Assembly (NCBI RefSeq): GCF_006345805.1
Contig: NC_043013.1
Span: 24,924,001-24,988,000, forward strand
Length of the DNA: 64,000 bases
Direction: 5' to 3'
DNA from: Octopus sinensis
Taxonomy: Eukaryota
Made by a program: the position numbers and the translations under genes. Shown here piece by piece: positions 14,629-27,562 of this stretch (its first letter is position 1; each line of letters begins with the position of its first letter). The notes below the pieces were generated by a model that worked only from the letters and a program-made list of their open reading frames with translations, searched no databases and had not been told where the DNA came from.

Positions 14629-17600
14629 CATTCATGTGGTGGAGGGTGGGGAATGCGCGGGTTAAGTAAAAAATTGTTACACGGGTTGTAAATTATAAAC
14701 TGTTAAACGAGTTTCACAAAGTTGTCTCCCTTGAATTTTCTCGCCGATCGATTTTTGTGTTTCTAAAAGTTTCTGTTTTGTGTGTGTAATAATTACTCCG
14801 CTAATTATTTCGCCCTTCCTACAAATGCCTCTTCATGCAGTAACGCAGTGGTAACTAAAAAAGGACAGCAAAAAGAAAAAAAAATACAGTAAATTGTTCT
14901 TTGGCAGGCCTAGCTGTGCGGTAAGAAGGTGGCTTACCGACTTTATGGTTCCAGGTTCAGTCCCACTATGTAGCACTTTGAGCGAGTATCTTCTACTGTA
15001 TCCTTGGGTCTACCAAAGCCTTGCGAATGGATTTGGCTGAGGAAAAGTGAAAGAAGTGCACGCGCGCGTGTGTGTGTGAGTGTCTTTGTCCTACGCTACC
15101 ACTTGACAACCGGTGTTGGTGTGTTTACGTCCCTATAACTAGGCTGTTCATCTGAAGAGTATGATAGAATAATTACAAGGCTTTCTAAAGAATAAGTACT
15201 GAGATCGATTCATTTGATTAAAAATTCTTCAAAGCAGTGCCCCAGTATGGCCACAGTCTAGTGACTGAAGCAAGCGAAAGATAAAGAAGTTGTTTGGATG
15301 ATTAAAACATATGAAGCTTGGTGGATGTTTTTGTATCAGTGTGAGTCAAATTGTGGTATTTTATTTAATAAGAGAGAAATAAAAGGCAAACCTAACCTCA
15401 ACGCAATCTCAACTTGAAATATAACTACATATCCAAACACATTTAATGAAGCATTCAACCATTTCTGCCCATTTTATAAATCCAATAACTGGATAAGAGA
15501 AATGGCTGCCATAAGAAAAGTGGTGAAAGGAAAGTGAAAGTAGGAAACGAAAGATCTGGATAGAAACTTGCAATGGAGCAATCTCTGCTAAAGTTATCCT
15601 AGCCCAGGTGGTTACATTGAAATGAACCAGGGTAACTGATTAAGTCTTTTATATCAAAACAGGAATGTTTCCATACAGCTTTTGTTTACCAAATTTGATT
15701 CACAAGAATTTGATCAATCGAAGGTTATGGTAGAAAGTGCTCACCTTTTATGCAATGGAACAGATCAAACCTGATGTAGTTGTGAAGCAATCTTCATAAC
15801 CACTTCTTACATTTATCTCAATATATGACTGGTACTTCGTTTTTTTCATCAGACCTGAAATTCTGAAAGATAAGGTATACTCCAATGGGATTATTTAAAA
15901 TAATGAACTAAAAAACTGCAAGGTATTTTTTCACTTGCAGTTATTTTATTTCTGAAAATCTACAACTCTTGAAAATTAGTGTCCCATGGCTGACTGCCAA
16001 CACATTTTTCTGCAAAAATATGGGTACTTATCCTGTTCATGCCATATTATTAGCATTATCCTGTGTTTGAGAATAAAATTATTTCCTTTTAACACAATTC
16101 TGTATTAATTTGATTTTAACCTTTGTCCCTGTACAAAGAAATTTTCTAATATCTCTCTGTCTTGCGGTGGGAGGAGCTTTTTTTTTTCTAAGTTCTCTTT
16201 TCTATTTTTCTCAATTCAATTGCACGTAGCATGAAGAATTTTGGGTTGTTTTTCTTTTAATTTCTGCATCTTGCATCATGTTATAAGTGTTAGATGAGGT
16301 ATGTCTTGTTGCTTAAGTTCTTGTTAATACATACAATGAGAAAAGTCAGAAAAAACATAATGATGAGAGTGATGATGTTGATGATGTTGCATGTGGCAAT
16401 GATGGGTTGTGTGCATGATTTGTATCATAAGAATTAGGTTTAAAACTTATTGTGGTAGAAGAATTGCAATGGTATCACATGCAGTTCCACAAAGACAGAT
16501 CCAAATTAAACTACAAAGACAGGGAATTTAAATGACCAGTTGCTATGCTAAAACTCTAACAACAACAACAGTAGTAACTATTATCCTTTCTAATCTAGGC
16601 ACAAGGCCTGCAATTTGGGGGGACAGGATTAGGTTGATTACATCAAATGCCCCCTAACCTCATCTCTTCAACTGGTACTCGTTTTAGCGACCCTGGAAAG
16701 TTGAAAAATAAAGTCAACCTCAGTGGAATGTGAACTCAGAATGTAAAGATGGATAAAATTCCTCTTAGCCTAGCATTCTAACGATTCTGCCAGCTTGCTA
16801 CCTTCGACACAAGGCCTGAAATTTTATGGAAGGGGACTAGTCAATTACATCGACCCTAGTGTATCACTGGTACTTAATTCATTGAACCCCCAAAAGGATG
16901 AAAGGCAAAGTTAACCTCAGCGGAATTTGAAATCAGAATGTAAAGACAGATGAAATACCACCAGGTATTTTGCCCAGCATGTTAACGATTCTGCCAATAA
17001 TAATTAAAGCACAAAGCTAGCAATTGAACCCCTTTAAGCAGGCCCAAAACTACCTCAACCTTGTTGTAATGTTCACGCTTTTATCAAGAGTGTTAGTGTT
17101 TGCTCAATGAAGCTTGTCATACTGACATCTAAGGAAGGCATAAAACCTCAAAATTTGCAGGGGAAAATACAGCCAATTTAATGAAACCAAATACTTAGAG
17201 AGTTCTTTAAATTCTCAAGTGGGCAAAATAAAGTAAATTTTGGCAGAATTTCAACAAAAAAATGAAGTACATCTTATTGATAGTATTTTTTCACATAGGT
17301 ACAAGTATGGCTGAGTGGTAAGAAGCTTGCTCCCCAACCACATCGTTTCCAGGTTCAGTCCCAGTGCATAGAACCTTAAGCAAGTGTTTTCTACGATACC
17401 TCGACCAACCTTGTGAGTGGATTTGGTAGATGGAAACTGAAAGAAACCACTAAATGTGTGTGTGTTTGTCCCCCCACCACTTGACAACCCTGTAATTCAT
17501 CTGTCAATAGATAAGGCGTCGAGCTGACAATAATATTAGCACACTGGGCGAAATGCTTAGCAGTTTTTTCATCTGCCTTTACATTCTGAGTTCAAATTCC

Positions 17601-19899
17601 GCCGAGGTCGACTTTGCCTTTCATCCTTTCGAGGTTGATAAATTAAGTACCAGTTGCATACTGAGGTCGATCTAATCAACTGGTCCCCTCCCCCAAAATT
17701 TCAGGCCTTATTCCTAGAGTAGAAAAGAATTACATCCCTGTAACTTAGCAGTTCAACAAAAGAGATTAACATGAGTTCCAGGCATAGAAATTAAGTATTG
17801 GGGTCGATATATTCAACTAGAAATTCTTTACGGTGATGCTGCAACATGGCCACAGTCTAATGACTGAAACAAGTAAAAATTAAAACACAAGAGAACTGTG
17901 CCACAACCCAAGTGTATTACTGGTACTATTTCATCAAACCCCAGAAAAATAAAAGTCAAAGTTGATCTCAGTGAAATTCAAACTCAGAACGTAAATGGAG
18001 GTAAATAGAAATTGGTGAATGGTATTTGGCATTTGTGGTTCTGCCGATTCTGTCATTCCCTGTTCCTTCCATATTAATAACGATTGCTCATATTGGTGCA
18101 TGGCCGTACATTCGAAAGGGTAAGAGTGCATTTAGTTACCTCCTTTGGTTTGGGATAAGTACTATTTTATCGTGGAAGGTGTTTGTAAACCATTTAAGAA
18201 ACACACAAAAACCGTTAGATTCACTTCAACATTTAAATTTAATTTGTCAAAATACTTTCGTCGCTTTGCGACCTGATCACTGACAAAATTTTGTGTGGCA
18301 CGGAATTTGCTCTGCAAGTACCTCTCCGTAACTATTTTATCAACGATGGAGAAATGAAGCGGACGAGAATCAACGCTAGTCGGTTTTGATCTCAGACGTT
18401 TGAAGAATAGTACTTGTCATTTTTGCCATCGCAGTGGTTTTGTGTTGACTAAACACCATACCTTATATTTTTGCAGAAAATGACCGGCGGGAAATACTCT
18501 TAGTTAATACGCTTATTGCTTTAAAAAGAAAAAAAAATTAACTGTAAAGACAAGTTATAACATATTTCGTGTACTGAGCTGATAAAATTCAATTTAAAAT
18601 GTCTCAAGGGCGACAACTCATAAATCATAGGTTCCTAATATGGAGGTTATCTCCCTTACATTGTGTCTCTCAACATTTTTTTTTTGTCCTATTTACTCTT
18701 TGAGTGGATGAATCAAGGCCGTCCTTAAATTTTAAGTAGTATCATTCAAAGACAGCTAAATTTTATTTTGAATTAGGAAAACTCTGGTTTATATAAATAT
18801 TTGTGATGATTACTAAAACAGTAAATTAAATTTTTTCGGCTTATTTCATCAATTTCATTGCGCATTTACAGTTAAGCAAAAAAGTAAAGACAAGAAAAAG
18901 AATATTATGATGTTCGTGGTATTCCAAAAAGCATTAATGGTGAAACAATTCAAAATTTGGACAACTAGTAAAAGTTTTTGCTGTGTCTGGGGAGAGTCAT
19001 TTTCTTTTAGTGCCTTATAATTTAACACACACTGGTAAACTATTGAAAAGGTTAAAAGACGCAACGAAAATTTTATAGTAAAATAAATAAATGAGTGGAA
19101 ACTTTACTGGTGAGCATTAAATAATAAGGCACTAAAAGAAAATGACTCTCCCCAGACACAACAGAATATGCTTCAACACACAAACTCACATAAAGAATCT
19201 TGCAAACCAAATCCAAAAATGTAGTAACAGTTTCCTTTGTAATAATCATTCTAAAACTTTTGGTACAAGGCCAGAAATTTCAAGTACGGGATGACTGGTC
19301 GATTACATCCCAGACTCAATTGGTACTTTCTCTATCGACACCAAAAGGATGAAAGGCAAAGTCAACCTTGGAGTTTGAACTCAAAATGTAAAGAGGGACA
19401 AAATGTCGCTAAGCAGTTTGCCCAGCTAACTATCCTGCCATCTTACTACCTTAATAATAATAATAATAATAATAACCCTTTCTACTGGAAGTACAAGGCC
19501 TCAAATTTGAGGGAAGGGATTAAGTCGATTACATCGACTCCCATGTGTAACTGGTACTCAATTTATTGCCCTACAAGGGTGAAAGGCAGCATTTGAACTC
19601 ACAATGTGAAGACAGATGAAATATCGCTAAGTATTTCGCCCGGCGTTCTAACGATTCTGCCAGCTTGCTGCCTTAATAATAGTGATGATGGTGGCTTCAA
19701 ATTTTGCCACAAGGGTATTAACTGGGGGCGGATAGATTAGTCGATTACATCAACCCCAGTGTTTAACTAGTAGTTATTTTATCTACTCTGAAAGGATGAA
19801 AGTCAACCTCAGCAGAATTTGAACTCAGAACATCAAGACAGATGAAATGTTGCCATGCATTTTTCCCAGCATGCTAATGATTCTGCCAGCTTGCCGCCT

Positions 19900-19939
<40 letters not shown>

Positions 19940-21520
19940 TGATGATGATGAAGGTAATTGCTTTTAACACACTAAACAGATTTTTGCTAATTGAGGAATT
20001 ATAGTTAGTTGAACCTACATTGGTATAAAAAGTGATTAAAGAAATATTTACACTGGTAGGATATGGTAATATAGGACTAAACAAAAACTTGAATTATTTA
20101 GCATTTCAACTGACCATATTCAGCCTAAATATTCTACCTGCTTTACATTCAAAACAGCCAAATGCAGCATCTCACAGCTATCTTAGAATGTCATTCTAAA
20201 AATAGACAATGGCATCATTGCAATCTTGAAGTTATGAGATTAAGCATGATTAATTCAAAATGATGTAAATAAATAAGCAGAATATTTGAGAGAATAAACT
20301 AAATGCTAATGGGGGAAAACAGCATTGCTATATTTTACAGTCCCTGCCGTTTTAGCCAACCTGTTAGTAACATTATTTACAGTGGGTGGATAGGTGTCCC
20401 CTTCCTGTCTGTTGTTTCGGCTGATGTACTCTCCAGTCTACATCAGGTGTCCTGGTGGAATTTTGAACTTTTTTTTTTTTGAAAGCTGGAGAGTATATCA
20501 GCCGAAACGTTGTGATAATAACAATCAAGGTGAGGGCACCTATCTGTCCATTGTAAATTATGTAAATAATTCCTCATCTCTAAAATATAGAATAGTATAA
20601 CCTGTTAGCACATATTATTATCAGTATTTCTTTATTAACCATAGAATACAAAATGTCATATTAAAGATGTAGGGATGCACTTGAGCAATAAAAAGCGTGG
20701 GGCAAAAATGTAATAATCTAAAATTAAAACGGAAACAGATTAAAAGTTTAGTAAACAAGTAAAATCACCAACCTGTAGAGGTGTGAGAAGTTGTCATCGA
20801 GGGAAGATTTAAGCATGCCACAACACTGATCACCATCCACTTCAGGCACTCCTTCCCCTCTCACCACTGCGCTCTGGATGTCTTTTAATTTATGGAAGAG
20901 CATTCATGGATTTTGTCAAACTGTGAAGAACCCCAAATTTTCTGGAATATGGTCTAGGTGAAGTTTTCACCAAAGGTCAATTATTCTTGGGGTTCATATT
21001 GTTTGTCCCCTACTCCTCTTTCCAGCCAGCACAGAATTTCTTCTTTTCAAGAACTATAAAGTTCAGGCACATCAAGCTGTTATGCACACTTCTTCTGCAA
21101 AGGACTTCAAACATCTTACTTCCATAACAATATTAACATTAAAAACCATTCAAAATAACATCTTTTTCAATAGAAATCACTGATGTCTGTTTTCTTTTCC
21201 CCAATTTTCTTTGAACTCCTACTAATATACACCGCACTAAGCATGATGGCTTCACAACTGACTTTCTGCATCCTGCTCTCTGAAGATGATTGCATGACTT
21301 CAATGCATTAACTAACAACAATGAATTTATCAATCTGGTGGTCTTAAAAAATTGATTTCTATTGACTTTTACAGATTTCCATCAGAAGCTGGGTAAGTGA
21401 TGATTCTGTTGCAGCCTGATACACCTAAATGAGCATTAGCATACACACACACATACATGCATGCATACACACATATATATACACACACATACATATACTC
21501 ACACATACACACATACATAT

Positions 21521-21583
<63 letters not shown>

Positions 21584-22048
21584 TATTTATTGAGTGTGTG
21601 TATGTATATATATATATATATTATATTATATTATATTATATTATATATATTATATTATATTATATTATATTATATTACATTATTTATTCTTCATAAAAAT
21701 AAGGATAAAATCATGTTGCTTATAATATCAAGTGGCAAGCATGAGATAATACCTTGTGGGTAAATTACATACTAAAATTACTAATTATATATAAAAATTA
21801 TAAAATTATATTAAAGGGATCAGGAAATAACCTGTTCCAACATGCAATAAGAAGACGCCATAAGCCACTTTTAACTTCTCCAAAAACATGGGTTGAAGTG
21901 AGCAATTGAAAACCACAAAACAAAACTTCACAGTAAGCGCCTTTTGGCAACTTCTTATGGCATGTTGGAGCAGGTTATTTCCTGATCTCTTTAATATCAT
22001 TTTATAATTTATAAATACAATTATTAATTTTAGTATATATATATATAT

Positions 22049-22080
<32 letters not shown>

Positions 22081-22300
22081 ATATGTATATATATATACAT
22101 ACATACATACATACATACAGATACACACACACATATATATATATATGTGTATATTGCTGTGTGGTAAGAAGCTTACTTACCAACCACATGGTTCCGGGTT
22201 CAGTCCCACTGCGTGGTACCTTGGGCAAGTGTCTTCTTCTATTGCATCGGGCTGACCAAAGTCTTGTGAGTGGGTTTGGTAGAGGGAAACTGAAAGAAGC

Positions 22301-22343
<43 letters not shown>

Positions 22344-25300
22344 TAGTTTAGTATACTCATTTAACCCTTTTGTTACCATATTTCTGTTGAGATGTTCTGT
22401 ATTTCTTTCAATTAATTTTAAATATAACAAAGAATTTAGTAAAATAACTTAGTTATCATTAAGCTAGTATTTAGGAATATAAATTGTGACTAAGGTTTGG
22501 TGGAAGATTTTAATTCAAAACTTATGAAAACAAGACATTTGTACTACAGAGCCAGAGCCAGCTTCAGCTGGGCTGGTAACGAAAGGGTTAAACTGATGGG
22601 TTTCCCAGACCAAGTTACACAAAAGTATAATTTGTTTTGCAGAATGGGAAGAAATCCAAAGACAAATTATTTGTTATGTCTTGCATTTCATTCCCTATTG
22701 TCCTGCTTTTTCCCCTATTTTCAGGGCTTCAGGATTTCACCATGACCCCGGCAGGGTGGCTGACAGAAGTTGTGCCTTACCAAAAAGCAGCCTGTGATTT
22801 TGTCTATGGCTGCTTATTGAGTCTTCACTGCTAACCTCTATATTTACAGGCCATTCCCCTATCCGCAAACTAGGGACGCATAGGATGGGGGCTGCAAATA
22901 AATTTAAATACAAATATTTAGTAGTTTCTGATTTAGGTACAAGGCCAGCAATTTTGGGCAGAGGGTGATTAGTGAATGCCATCAACTGTTACTTTATTCT
23001 ATCATCCCCAGAGGGATGGAAGGCCAACTTGGATTGGCAGGATTTGAATTCAAAATGTTAACAGTTGGAAAATAAAATTTAATAAAATTACATTCAGTGC
23101 TGTTGAGTAAATTTGCTGTTGAGGAATTTTTAACTCAATGTATCATAAGTTATCATTTATAACTGAATTTGCTTCCAGACACATTGTTCATAAAGACTTA
23201 TCTACACACACACATGTATAAAAATTTCGTAATATCTAATCAAGAAAAGTTAAATTTGTGAGTTTTATGCATCTTTCTTCTTATAATTCCATGACTTCAA
23301 ATTCAAATTTATAATTCCACCAAATATTATGAAGAAATGATTATCTCCCTTGTAATAACTGTAACCACTGAGGAAACGTGGGTGTGTGTGTGTATAATGA
23401 GAGTACTCAATACATTGTGTAAAATGAATATATTTATGGTATATAAACATTACTACTTTTATACGACAATAACTTTGTGCTAAATGAAGCATTCTTCAAA
23501 TGGATGTGATTCAGGTGAGTCTTCACGTGATCTGAATGAATGTAAATGTTTATAAAATCAGCACTTAAATGTATTTGCAATGAGTCCTGTTTAATTCCTG
23601 TTGAGGCCATTGGTAGATATTATGCTAACTCGATATCATCACTTATCCTAGGCATGATCCTCTAAAATAGGCAGTTTGAGGGATTTCTGAAGTTACAAGC
23701 CAAGAGTTAAGATAGTGGCTGGTTGGGTGTATGTCTTAGATTGTTGTATGAAATCAGGAAATTGATATTATCTAGACAAGAGTAGGCAACTTTTATATTA
23801 CCAATGTTGAAAATTTGATATTTATGTGTTGTTGGGAAATGAGATCTTAATGAGGATTGAAAGTTAATTATATTGAGACATGGTCTGAACCAAATTATTT
23901 TCTCCTCTTGATTGTGTTGTTACATATGAAGAGTGTTCCTTGTATACTAGTTTGTCACTGAAGCCACTTCCTTTCAGTGCATCCTTGAAATAAAGTGTAG
24001 CCTAGTTGAAAAAATCTATCTGAAATAACTAGGAAACTTTTCCACATCAACAAAATTCTTGATTATGGCTGAGTTTAAAGGATTTCTTGCTTACATATAT
24101 GGTTTCTTCATGTAACTTTCTACTAAGATAATGTTTATTTGTACTCAGATTTGGTGCGACACCTAAAATGTTAGCTATTCTTTGACAGGTGTTTATGGAG
24201 GTGTTTAAACTGAATTCCTTAACCATTCTTATCAAGTATATTTTAACACTAATGACTCGTAGGTGTGTGGTATTTCATTATGCAGCCATAATATACTATA
24301 AAGTATACTAAATGTTTTTATAAGTCAACACCATGTTCTACTGTGTTAGCAGTGCTCTTTACATTATGTTATTGAGGTTATTTCTATAGAAATTATAACC
24401 AGCACTGATTTTTTGATACGTTTCGATCTCATTGTTTGTTTATATCTGCTGTCTCAATACAAAACATTATAGCAAAAAAGCAGTACTGCCTATAATTTGT
24501 GTAGAAATAACCTTAACTAAATAGTATATTTAAAATCTCTCAATAGAGAGACCATTCATGTTGTAGGAAAATACTAAACTTGCCTCTATATTGTCTGAAG
24601 CTATGAGGATAGTTCATAGTTCTGTAAGATCAGATACTTCATTCTATCACAGCTATTGTGGTCAAATAGCCAGGAGCAGGTTTCATAACATCTGGTAGTC
24701 AAGCATTCCAAAGTCAGCAACACTGACCTTCTTCAGGGCATGTGTAGAGCACATTCTTGCCTGCAGAGCTGAAACTTCAGCAATGAAGAAGGAACTACAA
24801 AATCACTTTGATGACAAACACACTAGGCTTCTCATGCAAGCTGCAAACATTTCATGGTGTTATCACAAGCTCAAAGAGGAAACTTATGGACACATTTCAC
24901 ACTCTCTGCTATTGTTGCTCAATGCAGGGTGGGCTTGGCTGGCCACAGTTATGTTCCCAAACACCAGGCTATACTGGTTGTTACATTTTGAAGACTTCCA
25001 CAATCTAACAGAGGAACAGTAGAGTATGGTGGCTTTCTACTGTACATCTATATTTAGTAATACATACAGAATACTATTCTGAACTAATACTACTTTTGTC
25101 ACCAAAAATGAATTTTTAAGCCTGTCACCAATTTGTGACACAAGTGATTTGCTAATTAATGTCTAAGCATGAAATTTGTCTAAGCATGCAGCTGTCAGTG
25201 GATACTTGCCACTGATGATGCTCAAAGAAGTAGAAATCCGGATTTCTTTGCTGCTTGATGCTTTTTATCTTGCTGCTGATATTCTTCTGTGCTTTTTGGC

Positions 25301-27473
25301 ACTGTACGTCTGGATGAGATATTTTCTCAAAGTGAATCTTGTAGTTTTCTTTCTACAGTATATCCACATTAAGTAAGATATACAGAATGCTATTTTGAAC
25401 TAATGCTGCTTCCATCACAAATAACAAATACACACACACACACATATATATATATATCATCTGTAAAAAACAAAAGACCTATTGAGGCAAGTGAAATCAA
25501 AATCACTGACACACCCGATGACAGTACCGTCTGATTGCCAGTTGAACATTAAAAGCACATCTGAGCGTGATCTATGCCAGGGCTACAGATTGGCTCCCAT
25601 GCCGGTGACACGTGAAAAGCACCATTTGACCATGATTGTTGCAAGCTTTGCCATACCAGCATATGTGCTGGTGGCACATGAAAAACAACATTTGAGCGTG
25701 GTCATTGCCAGTGCCACCGGACTGGCTCCCATGCAAGCAGCACATAAAAAACACCTTTTGAGCAAGTCGTTGCTATGCTAGGCCTGACTGGCCCTCATGC
25801 CAGTGGCATGTAAAAGCACCCACTACACTCAGAGTGGTTGGTGTTAGGAAGGGCATCCAGCTGTAGAAACTTTGCCAGATCAGATTGGAGCCTGGTGCAG
25901 CCTTCTGGCTCGCCAGTCCTCAGTCAAACTGTCCAACCTATGCCAGCATGGAAAGCGGACATTAAACGATGATGATGATGATGGGGAAGGCTGGTTTATG
26001 GAATTACATTAGGAATCCCAGCCATGAAGGTTTTAGCTTTGTGGTGTATCATCAAATCCCAAAATCTGTTGGTCCTAGGCCTCTTAAAAATATCCTATAA
26101 ACCGACCTTCCCCATTTTTATATATATATATATTCTTTTACTGCTTTCATTCATTATACCACAGTTTTACTGGGTATTGTAATCACCTTTTTTTTTTTTT
26201 TGCTTTCTTACAACTTGATGACAGTGAAGTAACACTCATTTCACTGTGGTTCTTTATTTTATCAATTTCTGTTTCTCAAACATCAAAGAGGCAAAATCTT
26301 CAATTCCTTAAAAAAATTTCTTTGAGATTCCACATTTAAATGTGGAATCTGCCTGATTTGTTTCTGAATATTTTGCAACCTTTAAAATGGTTTGGCAATG
26401 AAAACAAGTGATAATCCTATAATCCATTGATACTAAATCTGGTAAGTATGAAGGATGTGGAAGAGCTTCCCATCCTAAGAATCTTATCTTTTCCTGAGTT
26501 TGTTTTGCTGAGTGAGTCCTTGTATTGCCATTCTGAAGAATGACACACCCTTCTGTTCATCAAATTGGCCACCTTTGACACAATGCTTCCTTTGTGCATT
26601 CAGATTTCTGGCAATAAATGTTAGCATTAGGAATGGCATACAGCCATAAAAACCATGCCAAAACAGATGCAGAAACATTGTGCTGGCTCCTGCCTGGCCA
26701 GCTCCTGTCAAACTGTCCAATCCATACCAGCACGGAAGGAGAACATTAAACAATGATGATGATGAGTAATGGCCTTTCCTTGTCTCAAAACCTTATTGAG
26801 GACAATGCCATTCATATTTCCTCCAGACACATTGTAAGGACTTCTATGGATGAGACCCCTTTGTCTGTGTGTGTGTGTTTGTGTGTCTGTGTGTCTCTGT
26901 GTGTGTGTGTGTGCGTGCGTGTGTGCATGTGAGCGTGCATGTGTGCGTGCATCTTGACAATGTGGATATTGTGTCTGTTTAGTTCTCTTGCAACAAGTGT
27001 TGTCTTCATCTCTCAGGTCTGTTCAAAGAATTCTTTGTCTCCATCCAACCAAAAATAAAATCCCCCTCCCCACTGACAGATCTAAATAACAAAGTAAACT
27101 AACTGATAAAATCTACAGTCAGAGAGTGAATTTGCCACTATCATGTTCTTAAGAATGAAATCAACCTCTCTGTCGATATATCTACCCTCTTCATAATGTT
27201 GGCAAATGAAATAGAGATAAGAATGTGCATTGTCCATTAGATTGGAAAATTCTATAAGTGGCTGAAGATTGCTCAACATTTTAAAACTGATGTAATACTT
27301 ACAGTGTTTAATAAAATGAAGTAGCATGAAACAATTGTACTACTCTACTTCGGATATACTTGTTGCTTATTTTGATTATAATCACCCCATTTGATTTATA
27401 TGGATAATACCGTGCAAAATTCTGGTGCCTTTGACTTAAGTACTATATTCATCTGAATCTAAATTTTGCTGAT

Positions 27474-27562
<89 letters not shown>

